A program made the position numbers and the translations under genes. Shown here piece by piece: positions 9,721 to 19,961 of a DNA stretch of 64,000 bases; position 1 is the first letter of the stretch, and every line of letters begins with the position of its first letter. The notes under the pieces are model-generated. The model had not been told where the DNA came from and ran no database searches. It was given only the letters and a program-made list of their open reading frames with translations. This DNA comes from an uncultured bacterium (GTDB taxonomy: Bacteria > Bacteroidota > Rhodothermia > Rhodothermales > UBA10348): assembly GCA_938018055.1 (NCBI GenBank), contig CALIKL010000023.1, positions 4,837 to 68,836 on the forward strand. Reading direction: 5' to 3'.

Positions 9721-10347
9721 TCAGGGAAGCCGCTGGAGCTGTACGGGCTCAGAACGATTCAGCAGGGTACCCTCGGAACTCAATGCTAGAATCCAGACGG
9801 GTGAAGAATTGACCGTATCATCGACGTCCGACAGAGCCACACGCGTGTCTTGTGTTCTGGCGATGATGGCTGCTTCCCCCAATTCAGCGTCAAATCGCAT
9901 GAGCTGGTATGAGGATGCTCCTTCAATGGCCTGCCATTCCAAGGTCACTTGCTCTCCACTGACAGTAGGCAGCCATTGCGGTTCTTGTAGCACATCCTGA
10001 ATCCGTGATGTGTTAAGCGCGACGAGCGCTACGGCAATGGTCAGAATCAACACAGCGCCTGCAAAGAAGGCGGTCATCTTCCAGTACGCCTTATCGTCCT
10101 GCTGCGGTCGAAGCCAGATCCTCCGTCCGCCAGAATGTGAGAGGCGCGCATCAGGCACCTTTGTATGGGAAGCTCCGTCTCCAGTCTCGACGGTATCCAT
10201 GGCCTGCTGTGCCATCGCGAGCATGTCGCGGGCGTCTTCATGTGTGGTCAGATAGGTAACAATTTCGCGTCGCAGATGGTCTGGCAGCTCCCCTGTCAAA
10301 AAGGCTGCAAGCATGTACTCCTCAGACTGCTCGAGTGGTCGAGACAT
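9721..10347 (-). CDS. Hypothetical bitopic membrane protein with anti-sigma-like N-terminus and FN3-like C-terminus
   Basis: EEYMLAAFLTGELP..RREIVTYL resembles the anti-sigma (zf-HC2-like) helix. One TM segment; VTLEWQAIEGASSYQL is FN3-like. Confidence 0.6.
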   Translation of the reverse strand: MSRPLEQSEEYMLAAFLTGELPDHLRREIVTYLTTHEDARDMLAMAQQAMDTVETGDGASHTKVPDARLSHSGGRRIWLRPQQDDKAYWKMTAFFAGAVLILTIAVALVALNTSRIQDVLQEPQWLPTVSGEQVTLEWQAIEGASSYQLMRFDAELGEAAIIARTQDTRVALSDVDDTVNSSPVWILALSSEGTLLNRSEPVQLQRLP

Positions 10348-10529
10348 GTAATTGGCTCCGGAAACCCTGGTAGAGGATGTTGCGGAATCGTGTCAGGGCA
10401 GATTGACACACGAGTGTTCGATGTATCATTACGAGACAATCCTGCGGATTTGCGTGCCTTTTAACTATTTCCTGCTGGCCTGCCCCGCAATGCTTGATCG
10501 CCTCGACACGGGACACCATATTGCGCTTC

Positions 10530-12194
10530 ATGGATCGCGATCTCCACTCCATACAGCAAGCCCGGTCACTCCTTCGAAAAGCGAGAGCCGCCTGGACGAC
10601 CTACCATACTTTCGACCAGGAAAAAGTTGATGCCATTGTCCGTGCCATGGTTCGGGCAGGTATCGAGGCCTCAGAGCGCCTTGCTGTAATGGCAGTGGAG
10701 GAAACCGGATTCGGAAGAGTTGAATCCAAGATCAAGAAAAACCTTTTTGCTACGCAAACGCTTGCAGAACGTATGCGTGGCATGAAGACGTGTGGCATCA
10801 TTGGCACCACGGATGAGGGAAAAGTTTGGGAGGTCGCCAATCCCATGGGAATCGTGGCCGCGCTGGTTCCGTCGACGAATCCGACGTCAACGGCCATGTA
10901 CAAAGCCATCATCAGCGCCAAGGCACGTTGTGGCGTCGTCTTGAGTCCGCATCCCCGTGCGAAGAATTGTACCCTTGAGGCATTGCGGGTGGTAGCTACG
11001 GCAGCATATCGCGCCGGCGCACCAGAAGGACTCTTCGCCTGCATGACGGAAATATCCGTAGAAGGTACTCATGCGCTTATGGGCGACGAGGAGACCGATG
11101 TCATACTGGCTACGGGTGGCTCTGCCATGGTCAAAGCCGCCTATTCAAAAGGAAAGCCGGCCTTTGGAGTCGGCTCGGGTAATGTGCCGGTCTACGTGGA
11201 TCGTACGGCGGATGTTGTGAAGGCAGCCAAGGACATTATTTCAGGCGTCACATTTGACTGGGGTACCCTTTGCTCGACCGAACGCAGCATTGTTGCTGAT
11301 CAACCTGCGTTTTCGAGACTCTTAGATGCTCTGAGAGCTGAAGGGGCCCATTTGGTCACCGAGGAAGAAAAGGCGCTATTGCGCGCATACGTAGTCCCGG
11401 GCGGCCGATTGAATATCGATCAGATCGGTAAGGCTCCGGTTGACATCGCGGCCGCAGCCGGATTCCATGTTTCAGAGTCCACCACCGCACTCGTTGCGCA
11501 GGTGACCCAGGTCGGCAAACAGGAGCCGTTGTCGATGGAAACGCTGTCTCCGATCCTCAGCCTGTATGTGGAAGACGGTTGGCAAGCTGGTTGCGACCGA
11601 TGCAAGGAGATTCTGGACTTCGGCGGTATCGGCCATACGTTGGGTATTCACGCGGGCAGTGAACGCATCATCCGCGCTTTCGCCCTGGAAAAACCGGCCA
11701 TGCGTATTGTGGTCAATTCCGTGTGTGCACTCGGATCGGTCGGCTATACCACTGCCCTTTTCCCCGCCATGACCCTGGGACCCGGTACGATCGGGGGGTC
11801 CATCACAGGCGACAACATTTCGCCAAGGCACCTGCTGAATATCAAGCGGGTTGCCTTTGAGACGGCACCAATCAACAAGCCCGCGCACTCCCGAAAGGAT
11901 CCACCAACCGCACCCGTTTCAGATTCACGGATCGGTGATTTCGCTCCCGCTTCCCCCGCCCCACGAACCGCATCCTGGATGGAGTCCATGGACGCGCGCC
12001 TGCGTGAACGAACCAGTGGCAAGCGCACGAACAACAAGCATGACAAGACGCCTCCCCGTTCTGCGCCCAAGGCCGACGGCTCCGTGGCCCCAAAAGCCCC
12101 CCAATCCACGGCAGGGTTGGATGACGCTCCGCCGGCATCCCCAGGGTTGAGCACGCAGAAAATAGATGAGTTGGCAACCCGATTCCGCAAGTAA
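10530..12194 (+). CDS. CoA-acylating aldehyde dehydrogenase (EutE/PduP/AdhE-ALDH-like) with long C-terminal extension
   Basis: MDRDLHSIQQAR start, PSTNPTST, SPHP, ILATGG..MVKAAYS.GKPA.GVG.GN, catalytic FDWGTLCSTE and TLGPG..GGS...DN motifs. Confidence 0.88.
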   Translation: MDRDLHSIQQARSLLRKARAAWTTYHTFDQEKVDAIVRAMVRAGIEASERLAVMAVEETGFGRVESKIKKNLFATQTLAERMRGMKTCGIIGTTDEGKVWEVANPMGIVAALVPSTNPTSTAMYKAIISAKARCGVVLSPHPRAKNCTLEALRVVATAAYRAGAPEGLFACMTEISVEGTHALMGDEETDVILATGGSAMVKAAYSKGKPAFGVGSGNVPVYVDRTADVVKAAKDIISGVTFDWGTLCSTERSIVADQPAFSRLLDALRAEGAHLVTEEEKALLRAYVVPGGRLNIDQIGKAPVDIAAAAGFHVSESTTALVAQVTQVGKQEPLSMETLSPILSLYVEDGWQAGCDRCKEILDFGGIGHTLGIHAGSERIIRAFALEKPAMRIVVNSVCALGSVGYTTALFPAMTLGPGTIGGSITGDNISPRHLLNIKRVAFETAPINKPAHSRKDPPTAPVSDSRIGDFAPASPAPRTASWMESMDARLRERTSGKRTNNKHDKTPPRSAPKADGSVAPKAPQSTAGLDDAPPASPGLSTQKIDELATRFRK

Positions 12195-12257
12195 GTCTGC
12201 TGATTCAATACCGAGGATCTTCGCATCCGCAAATTGACTCGGGACGCCTTGAACCGG

Positions 12258-12265
12258 TATATTTG
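12258..12265 (+). promoter_or_regulatory. Bacteroidota-type -7 promoter element for the efp-accBC operon
   Basis: TATATTTG matches TAnnTTTG; TTG at 12234-12236; 47 nt upstream of the efp ATG. Confidence 0.55.
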
Positions 12266-12312
12266 GCGTTCTTATCCCTTTTTCAATCAATCTTGTACGC
12301 CCGGTAAGCCCC

Positions 12313-12882
12313 ATGGCAGATACGAGTGATTTCCGGAACGGCTTCACGATGGAATGGAACAACGGAATCTGGTCCATTGTCGAGTTCCAGCACGTAAAGC
12401 CCGGCAAGGGCGGCGCATTCGTGCGCACGAAGCTCAAAAACGTCTCCAACGGAAAGGTTGTGGACAACACCTTCCGCGCTGGCGAGAAGGTAAATGAGGT
12501 CCGCGTCGAGAGGCGTTCATTCCAATTCCTGTACGAAGACGACCTCGGACTCCACTTCATGAATACCGATACCTACGAGCAGATCAATCTGCCCGTCGAT
12601 GCGGTACAGGGACGGCAGTTCATCAAGGAAGGAGCGAACATCGATATCCTGATGCACTCGGAAACCGAGAAACCGCTCACGACGGAGATTCCGAATGCCG
12701 TCGAACTGCTGGTCACCCAGTGTGACCCCGGTCTGAAAGGAGACACCGCCACGGGCGCCACAAAACCGGCCACCGTTGAAAGTGGAGCGACCGTCCAGGT
12801 CCCGCTGTTCATCAACGAGGGCGACGTCATCCGAGTTAATACGGACCGAGGAGATTACATTACGCGAGTCAGCACCGGTTGA
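12313..12882 (+). CDS. efp: Elongation factor P
   Basis: [26 protein letters not shown] and VPLFINEGD motifs. Confidence 0.98.
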   Translation: MADTSDFRNGFTMEWNNGIWSIVEFQHVKPGKGGAFVRTKLKNVSNGKVVDNTFRAGEKVNEVRVERRSFQFLYEDDLGLHFMNTDTYEQINLPVDAVQGRQFIKEGANIDILMHSETEKPLTTEIPNAVELLVTQCDPGLKGDTATGATKPATVESGATVQVPLFINEGDVIRVNTDRGDYITRVSTG

Positions 12883-12953
12883 CCCTTCAGGGAGAACAAG
12901 AATGGTCTCCCCACCAAGCTGACTTCGCACCCACAGAAGCGAGAGGAATCCAC

Positions 12954-13421
12954 ATGGATTTGAAACACCTTCGAGAAGTGCTCGAGCTCGTCGCCGAGTG
13001 TGACGTATCCGAGGTAGAAATCGAAGAGGAGGATCTTCGTCTGGTCATCCGGAAGCACGCTCCGGTCCAGGCCCCTCAGGTCACCTATGCAACGGCTCCT
13101 GCACCTGCAGTAGCTCCCGTTCCGGCGGCTTCGACTCCGGCGGCTGAATCAGCTCCTGCAGCAGAGCCAGCCGGACCGTCTGGTACGGAAATCCGAGCTC
13201 CGATCGTGGGCACATTCTACGCTGCTCCCAACCCGGATTCGGATGCTTTCGTGAAAGTCGGCCAGAAAGTCAGCACCGGCGATACGCTCTGTATCATTGA
13301 AGCCATGAAGCTGATGAACGAAATCGAAAGTGAAGTGACGGGTACCGTCACCGCCATTCTCGTGGATAACGCCACGCCGGTTGAATTCGATCAGCCGCTC
13401 TTCGTCATCGATCCGAGCTGA
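12954..13421 (+). CDS. accB: Acetyl-CoA carboxylase biotin carboxyl carrier protein
   Basis: Ala/Pro linker, APIVGTFY and EAMKLMNEI biotinylation motif; GAGAGG SD before ATG 12954. Confidence 0.96.
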   Translation: MDLKHLREVLELVAECDVSEVEIEEEDLRLVIRKHAPVQAPQVTYATAPAPAVAPVPAASTPAAESAPAAEPAGPSGTEIRAPIVGTFYAAPNPDSDAFVKVGQKVSTGDTLCIIEAMKLMNEIESEVTGTVTAILVDNATPVEFDQPLFVIDPS

Positions 13422-13435
13422 ACGGGACCGATCCT

Positions 13436-14794
13436 GTGATCAAAAAAGTCCTTATTGCCAACCGCGGTGAAATCGCGCTTCGCATCCTTCGAACGTGCCA
13501 TGAGATGGGGCTGGAGACGGTTGCCGTCTACTCTACGGCAGATCGCAATTCGCTGCATGTGCGTTTTGCCGATGAGGCCGTGTGTATTGGTCCCCCTGCA
13601 GGACGTGATTCCTATCTGCGTTTCGACCGGATCATCGCGGCTGCCGAAGTAACCGGTGCCGATGCTATCCACCCCGGCTATGGCTTCCTGGCCGAGAATG
13701 CGGATTTTTCTGCCATCTGTCAGGACCACGATCTGAAATTCATTGGTCCGGATCCGAATACGATTCGGTTGATGGGCGACAAAAGCTTGGCCAAGGACAC
13801 CATGGCCAAAGCGGGCGTCCCCGTGGTACCGGGGTCTGACGGCGAGGTAGCAGGTGCAAAGGCGGGGAAAAAGATCGCCGATGAGATGGGCTACCCCGTC
13901 ATGATCAAGGCCAGTGCCGGTGGCGGCGGTCGTGGTATGCGTGTGGTGCACAAAGCCGAAGATTTCGAACAGCAGTTCACTACGGCCAGCAACGAGGCCG
14001 AAGCCGCGTTTGGCAATGGAGGGTGCTACGTAGAAAAGTTTGTAGCCGGGCCTCGTCACGTTGAAATCCAGATTCTGGGAGACGGCAAGGGCAATGTGAT
14101 CCATTTCGGAGAGCGCGAATGCTCCATTCAGCGCAGGCATCAGAAGCTGCTTGAGGAGTCCCCCTCCCCTGTCGTGGATGAAGACTTGCGCCGTCGGATG
14201 GGAGAAGCGGCTATCAAGGGTGCGAAAGCTGTCAACTATGAAGGGGCAGCCACGGTAGAGTTCTTGCTGGATAATCAGGGGAATTTCTACTTCATGGAAA
14301 TGAACACCCGCATTCAGGTGGAGCATCCGGTAACGGAAGAAGTCGCCGACTGTGACCTGATTGAATACCAGATTCGGGTAGCCATGGGGGAAAACATTCG
14401 CGAGCGCGATATCCGGTTGGATGGCCACGCCATCGAATGCCGCATTAATGCGGAAGACCCGTTCCGGAATTTCTCTCCATTCCCGGGTACCATCACCACG
14501 TTCCATCCTCCAGGAGGACACGGAGTCCGTGTGGATACCCATGTGTATTCCGGCTACCAAATCCCGCCGCATTACGACTCGATGATCGCCAAGTTGATCG
14601 TGCGTGCCCGAACGCGGGATCTGGCCATCCAGAAAATGATTCGCGCGCTTGATGAGTTCGTCATCGAAGGCGTGAAAACGACTATCCCGTTCCACCAGCA
14701 GTTACTGCGTGATGAGCGGTTCATTCAGGGTGACTTCGACACCCGTTTCCTCGAATCTTTTACCCTCCAGGAGTACGAAGATGCAATTTCCTGA
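13436..14794 (+). CDS. accC: Acetyl-CoA carboxylase biotin carboxylase subunit
   Basis: [43 protein letters not shown] and YDSMIAK motifs. Confidence 0.97.
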   Translation: MIKKVLIANRGEIALRILRTCHEMGLETVAVYSTADRNSLHVRFADEAVCIGPPAGRDSYLRFDRIIAAAEVTGADAIHPGYGFLAENADFSAICQDHDLKFIGPDPNTIRLMGDKSLAKDTMAKAGVPVVPGSDGEVAGAKAGKKIADEMGYPVMIKASAGGGGRGMRVVHKAEDFEQQFTTASNEAEAAFGNGGCYVEKFVAGPRHVEIQILGDGKGNVIHFGERECSIQRRHQKLLEESPSPVVDEDLRRRMGEAAIKGAKAVNYEGAATVEFLLDNQGNFYFMEMNTRIQVEHPVTEEVADCDLIEYQIRVAMGENIRERDIRLDGHAIECRINAEDPFRNFSPFPGTITTFHPPGGHGVRVDTHVYSGYQIPPHYDSMIAKLIVRARTRDLAIQKMIRALDEFVIEGVKTTIPFHQQLLRDERFIQGDFDTRFLESFTLQEYEDAIS

Positions 14795-15161
14795 CGGTCT
14801 CTATTACACCAAGGACCACGAATGGCTCAAAGTTGATGGATCCACCGGAACGGTGGGCATTACCGATTTCGCCCAGTCCGAGCTTGGCGATATCGTGTAC
14901 GTAGATGTGGACACCCTGGACGAGGCTGTTGAGACAGACGGCGTTTTTGGCACTATCGAGGCTGTCAAGACCGTTTCAGAGCTGTTCATGCCGGTCAGCG
15001 GTACGGTAACTGCCGTCAATGAGGACCTGGAGGATGCTCCTGAAGCCGTCAACAATGATCCTTACGGTGACGGTTGGCTCATTAAAGTGGCTATCGACGA
15101 CGTCTCCGAACTGGAGGGCCTTCTCTCTGCCGCTGATTACGCCGACATGGTCGGCCAATAG
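14781..15161 (+). CDS. gcvH: Glycine cleavage system H protein
   Basis: [21 protein letters not shown], lipoyl lysine in EAVKTVS and NNDPYGDGW motifs. Confidence 0.96.
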   Translation: MQFPDGLYYTKDHEWLKVDGSTGTVGITDFAQSELGDIVYVDVDTLDEAVETDGVFGTIEAVKTVSELFMPVSGTVTAVNEDLEDAPEAVNNDPYGDGWLIKVAIDDVSELEGLLSAADYADMVGQ

Positions 15162-15172
15162 TTCTTCCCCAC

Positions 15173-16741
15173 ATGCACCAGCGCATCGTCATCCTGGATT
15201 TTGGATCGCAGTTCACTCAGTTGATTGCGAGGAGAGTCCGGGAGGCCGGAGTCTATTCGGAAATTTGGCCTTGTACGCTTCCCCTTGAGGAAGTGGCGGC
15301 CATGAATCCCCAAGGTATCATCCTCTCTGGCGGCCCGTCCTCAGTCTATGACGAGGGCGCTCCTCAACTCGACCCTGCCATCTTGGATCTGAAGAGAGAG
15401 GACGGCTCAAACGTGCCCATTTTCGGGATTTGCTACGGCCTTCAGGTCATGGCTCACGCGTTGGGAGGTGAAGTCCAGTCTGCAGCGAAGCGTGAATTCG
15501 GACGGGCTGGGGTAGAAACTGACACCGCCAACCCCCTTTTCGAAGGTATTCCGGAAGGAAGTCAGGTCTGGATGAGCCATGGCGATCATCTGACGCGTTT
15601 GCCTGAGGGGTTTGAGGTCATCGCCCACACGGATAATGCGCCCATAGCGGCGGTTCGATCGACCCGATATCCCCACTATGGTGTCCAATTCCACCCTGAG
15701 GTGCACCATACTCCACACGGTCCTGAGATCATCCGAAATTTCGTGATCGGCATCTGCGGATGTGACGGTGACTGGTCTGCAGCCTCGTTCATCGAAGAAA
15801 AAAAGGCTGAGATTCGAGAACAGGTGGGAGAAGATCATGTCATCCTTGGCCTGTCTGGAGGCGTTGATTCTTCCGTGGCTGCGGTACTGCTACATGAAGC
15901 CATCGGAGATCAGTTGACGTGCATTTTCGTCAACAACGGATTACTCCGGAAAGGCGAATGGGAGCAGGTCCAGCAGACGTTCCGGGATAACTATCAGATC
16001 CGCTTGAAGGCTATCGACGCCAGCGACCTCTTTCTGGATCGGTTGGCGGATGTCGTGGACCCTGAGCGCAAGCGCGTCATCATTGGTAACACGTTTGTCG
16101 AAGTCTTTGATGACGCTAAAGCAGAGATCATCGACGAACTGGGTGCTAAACCCAAATTCCTCGCTCAAGGCACGCTTTATCCGGATGTTATCGAAAGTGT
16201 CTCATTCAAGGGCCCCTCGGCCACAATCAAGACACACCATAACGTAGGTGGCCTTCCCGAAGAGATGGAATTCGAGGTCGTCGAACCATTCCGGGAGCTG
16301 TTCAAGGATGAGGTGCGTGCCATTGGTAGGTTGCTGAACGTGCCGGAAGAAATCGTGGGGCGCCACCCGTTCCCGGGCCCCGGCCTTGGAATTCGGGTCA
16401 TTGGCCCTGTTACGCGCCAAGATGTTGCGCTCTTACAGGAAGCCGATCACATCTTCATCTCAGAGTTGCGTAACTGGAACTTGTATGACGACGTCTGGCA
16501 AGCATTTGCCGTGTTGCTTCCCGTTCAGACCGTGGGCGTCATGGGGGACGAGAGGACGTATGAAAATGTGTGCGCGCTGCGAGCAGTCACGAGTGTGGAC
16601 GGCATGACGGCGGATTGGTCGCGTCTGCCAAACGACTTCCTTGCCCACGTCTCCAATCGCATCGTGAATGAAATCCGGGGCATCAACCGAACGGTCTACG
16701 ACATCAGCTCCAAGCCACCTGCAACCATCGAGTGGGAGTGA
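15173..16741 (+). CDS. guaA: GMP synthase (glutamine-hydrolysing)
   Basis: [34 protein letters not shown] and KPPATIEWE motifs. Confidence 0.98.
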   Translation: MHQRIVILDFGSQFTQLIARRVREAGVYSEIWPCTLPLEEVAAMNPQGIILSGGPSSVYDEGAPQLDPAILDLKREDGSNVPIFGICYGLQVMAHALGGEVQSAAKREFGRAGVETDTANPLFEGIPEGSQVWMSHGDHLTRLPEGFEVIAHTDNAPIAAVRSTRYPHYGVQFHPEVHHTPHGPEIIRNFVIGICGCDGDWSAASFIEEKKAEIREQVGEDHVILGLSGGVDSSVAAVLLHEAIGDQLTCIFVNNGLLRKGEWEQVQQTFRDNYQIRLKAIDASDLFLDRLADVVDPERKRVIIGNTFVEVFDDAKAEIIDELGAKPKFLAQGTLYPDVIESVSFKGPSATIKTHHNVGGLPEEMEFEVVEPFRELFKDEVRAIGRLLNVPEEIVGRHPFPGPGLGIRVIGPVTRQDVALLQEADHIFISELRNWNLYDDVWQAFAVLLPVQTVGVMGDERTYENVCALRAVTSVDGMTADWSRLPNDFLAHVSNRIVNEIRGINRTVYDISSKPPATIEWE

Positions 16742-18177
16742 TGCGGCGTCCGCACTGTCGGATATACTGCCTGTTCCTGTTTGGACTCCTTCTGGTCTTC
16801 GGATTTGTGGGACGAGATGTACAGGCGCAAGGAAGCCGCGTAATTGATCAGATACCCGCAGCAGATTCGGTTTTATCTGTTGGCTTCGCTGCGTTCGACG
16901 CAAGCAGCTGGCAGGTTGCTTTCGACCATTTCAGAGCGGTTGAGACCGATTATGGTCGCAACGCCTCTGCTTCCACCGCTCGGATAATGGCCGCGAAGGC
17001 CGCCTTCCGGATGGGTGACTTCGATCAGACCCGGCGACTCCTCTCGTCGTACGCCATCGATTTCCCGGGGTCCTCGTACATCAATCCAGCGCGGAGTCTT
17101 GAACAGCGAGCCTACGAGACGGCATCCCGGCAACCCGACAAAACGATCGATATTGGAATCATGCTGCCGCTGAGCGAATCGGTACGCGTTCCGTCACAAC
17201 AGATGTTCAATGGCATCCGAATGGCTGTGGATAATCACAATCAGGATGCGCTTAATCTGCGGGCCAGGATGGTCTTCCAGGATATCTCAGGCGGTGCAGA
17301 TGAAGCTGCTGCCACGGTTTCCCGGATGGCGGAAGATGGAATCGACGTAATCATCGGGACGCTGTTTTCAGCTTCTGCCATCGCGGCGGCGGAGCGGGCA
17401 GATGAAGAGGGCATCGTATTCATAGCTCCCATGGCCACGGATGAACGGGTGTCAGATGGGCGCCGATTTGCCTTCCAGGCGAACCCAAGTATGCAAGCGC
17501 GGGGTCGGGTGATGGGACGCTTTGCTGTTAACGGATTACGATTGGACAGTCTCGCCGTACTTGCAATAGCTGACGAACGTGGGATCACGGAACGGTTGGC
17601 GGATGGGTTTATCCAGGGTGCCACCGAGAATGGTGCTGCCATCAACTTGATCCAAATTGCAGGCTCCCAATCTGAATTCCTTTCGCTTCCCGATACCCTG
17701 GCTGTAGATACGCTGAGCATAGTGGAAGCGGTCTATATCCCGATGGCCTCCCGAAACACTGCCGAGGAGGCGGGCCGCGTACTGGGCATGTTTGATCGCT
17801 GGAACCGAGGTATGCGCATCCTGGGGAATACGGCTTGGCATGATCTGCCTCAGCGCTCTCACGCCTCTCGGTACCAGCTGACCTACTCGAATGACTTTTT
17901 TCCTGACCTTAATTCCGTTCCGTATCTGCAGTTCGGATGGGGCTACTATGACCTGAGCGGTGAAGAGGTCGGACGATTGGGGGTTACTGGATATGACGTA
18001 ACCCGGTTCGTTTTGGACATCCTTAACGGAATGGACAGCCGAACCCTTGTAGATCGGATTCGAAACGCCCCTCCGTTCCAGGGATTTGGAATACGTATGG
18101 CCTTCAATGGCGGTAACGTAAACGAAGGACTGTTCTACCATCGATACCGGGATGGTCGGCTTGACCTGATCCGGTAA
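16741..18177 (+). CDS. Exported TPR plus type-1 periplasmic-binding-fold protein (LpoA-like / ABC substrate-binding family)
   Basis: Signal-peptide-like N-terminus, TPR-like helices, and IGIMLPLS...GIRMAV, IIGTLFS, GYD motifs. Confidence 0.7.
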   Translation: MRRPHCRIYCLFLFGLLLVFGFVGRDVQAQGSRVIDQIPAADSVLSVGFAAFDASSWQVAFDHFRAVETDYGRNASASTARIMAAKAAFRMGDFDQTRRLLSSYAIDFPGSSYINPARSLEQRAYETASRQPDKTIDIGIMLPLSESVRVPSQQMFNGIRMAVDNHNQDALNLRARMVFQDISGGADEAAATVSRMAEDGIDVIIGTLFSASAIAAAERADEEGIVFIAPMATDERVSDGRRFAFQANPSMQARGRVMGRFAVNGLRLDSLAVLAIADERGITERLADGFIQGATENGAAINLIQIAGSQSEFLSLPDTLAVDTLSIVEAVYIPMASRNTAEEAGRVLGMFDRWNRGMRILGNTAWHDLPQRSHASRYQLTYSNDFFPDLNSVPYLQFGWGYYDLSGEEVGRLGVTGYDVTRFVLDILNGMDSRTLVDRIRNAPPFQGFGIRMAFNGGNVNEGLFYHRYRDGRLDLIR

Positions 18178-18457
18178 GCATGGACGGACCATCAGCCTTA
18201 TTCAATGCATGATTCCGGACGCACTCGTGGGCGGTCTGACGAGGTAGGAACTGCCCCTGCAAGGCACCGTATGAGCGACCCGTTCCAGCCCCAGGTTCTG
18301 TTTCCAGCTCCTGTCACGGACGGGAAGCTACCCACCGAGCAGAGCTACGCCCGACATCCTGTTTTTTTAGACCTATCACTGGGATTCCTGACAACGGCGA
18401 CATACGATTGAGTAGTCTGCCTACGTTTCAGATTGAGAACCCTTCACGAAGCTGCGC

Positions 18458-19273
18458 ATGCGCGATCTCAGATTTTCCACTTCCTTATTGCTGACGTTGA
18501 CGTTGGCCATTTTTCTCTCCGCTTGTGCGGGTAGCGGTCGGCTGCGATACGATACGCCCGAGGAGGCCTTCAACAAGGGCCTTGCAGAGTTTGAAGATGG
18601 TGATTTCGATTCAGCCGCTGAATACCTGCAGGGTGTGTTCGACTTCGGTCGCACACACCAGTGGGCAGCAGATGCGCAGCTTCTTCTCGCTCGTGCTTAC
18701 CGTGCCAACGAGGAATTTCTTCTTGCAGCGAACGAATACACCCGCTTCACTCAGATCTATCGGAGTGACCCGCGTGTTCCGGATGCGGATTATGAGTTGG
18801 CCATGACCTATTTCGACCGCTCTCCGCATTATCGCCTCGATCAGACAGACACCGAGCGCGCAATCGTACAATTCCAACTTTTCATCGAACGATACGGATC
18901 GAATCCGCTGGTGGACGAGGCCCAATCAAGGATTACGGAGCTTCGTGGGAAGCTCGCCCGCAAGCAGATTCACACCGCGCAGCTCTACGAACGTCGAGAA
19001 TACTTCAACGCTGCTGCGGTCTCCTACGAAGCAGCATTTGACCGCTTCTACGACACGGATTTTGCGGATGACGCCTTGCTTGGCGCGATGCGCGCGTACT
19101 ACGATTACGCGCGTCTGAGCATCCGGGGCCGTCAATTGGAACGCCTCGAAAAAGCAGAAGAGAACTACGACCGACTGATCCAGATTTTCCCAGACAGCCC
19201 GCTGGTCAAAGACGCCGAGTCCATCTATATCTCCGTGCGGTCGATGATGGACTCCTTCGACTCCCAATCGTGA
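18458..19273 (+). CDS. bamD: Outer membrane protein assembly factor BamD
   Basis: Lipobox LSAC, TPR repeats, and DQTDTERAI.QFQLFI, KLARK..TA.LY motifs. Confidence 0.9.
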   Translation: MRDLRFSTSLLLTLTLAIFLSACAGSGRLRYDTPEEAFNKGLAEFEDGDFDSAAEYLQGVFDFGRTHQWAADAQLLLARAYRANEEFLLAANEYTRFTQIYRSDPRVPDADYELAMTYFDRSPHYRLDQTDTERAIVQFQLFIERYGSNPLVDEAQSRITELRGKLARKQIHTAQLYERREYFNAAAVSYEAAFDRFYDTDFADDALLGAMRAYYDYARLSIRGRQLERLEKAEENYDRLIQIFPDSPLVKDAESIYISVRSMMDSFDSQS

Positions 19274-19854
19274 TGAAACAGCGTGTCGGCATTTTTGGAG
19301 GCACGTTTGACCCGCCCCATCGGGGACATCTTCAGGTGGCCCGCGCGGCCTACGACGAATTGAAGCTGGATCGCTTGCTCTGGATTCCGGCCGGCACACC
19401 CCCACACAAAAGGTCTCTTCCACTCTCCGAGGCCCATCACCGTGTTGCCATGACGGAGTTCATGGTAGCTGAAGACGATCGGTTCGCGCTAGAGTTGTTT
19501 GAGGTATCACGCAGCACAACTTCTTTCACGGTTGAGACGCTGCGGTATCTGAGGAGAATGTATCCTGAGGATGCCTTGGTCTTGATCATGGGAGAAGACC
19601 AATGGGCATCCTTCGACTCCTGGTCCCAGCCGGCTGTCATTCGCTCCCTGGCCGAAATTGCCGTTTATCATCGAGCTGCTGACGGCAACGAGCGATACAC
19701 GCAGTTGTCCACTCCCGATTATTGGTTGTCTGGCTCTCTGCTTGCCGAGACCAGCACAGCCATCCGGCAACGGGTTTTCCGGGGAGAAAAGGTGGCGGAT
19801 GACCTCCTGGAAACTGTCGCTGCTTACGTGAACACGAATGCCCTGTATCGATAG
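19270..19854 (+). CDS. nadD: Nicotinate-nucleotide adenylyltransferase
   Basis: GIFGGTFDPPHRGH, PPHK, SFTVETL and IMGED motifs. Confidence 0.93.
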   Translation: MMKQRVGIFGGTFDPPHRGHLQVARAAYDELKLDRLLWIPAGTPPHKRSLPLSEAHHRVAMTEFMVAEDDRFALELFEVSRSTTSFTVETLRYLRRMYPEDALVLIMGEDQWASFDSWSQPAVIRSLAEIAVYHRAADGNERYTQLSTPDYWLSGSLLAETSTAIRQRVFRGEKVADDLLETVAAYVNTNALYR

Positions 19855-19961
19855 CTCCGAAGCGCTGGCAGGACGTGTTGTTCAGGCAAGGTCATCTGGA
19901 TTGAGTACTCCCCTTTGCTGAGCCGAATCGTATCTTGGGTGTCGTTCACCCACGGCTTCCC

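Noticed and set aside
18178-18457. 280-nt gap before bamD with a 68-aa ORF and a T-run
   Set aside because: No convincing stem before the T-run and no protein-like features; probably promoter or UTR.
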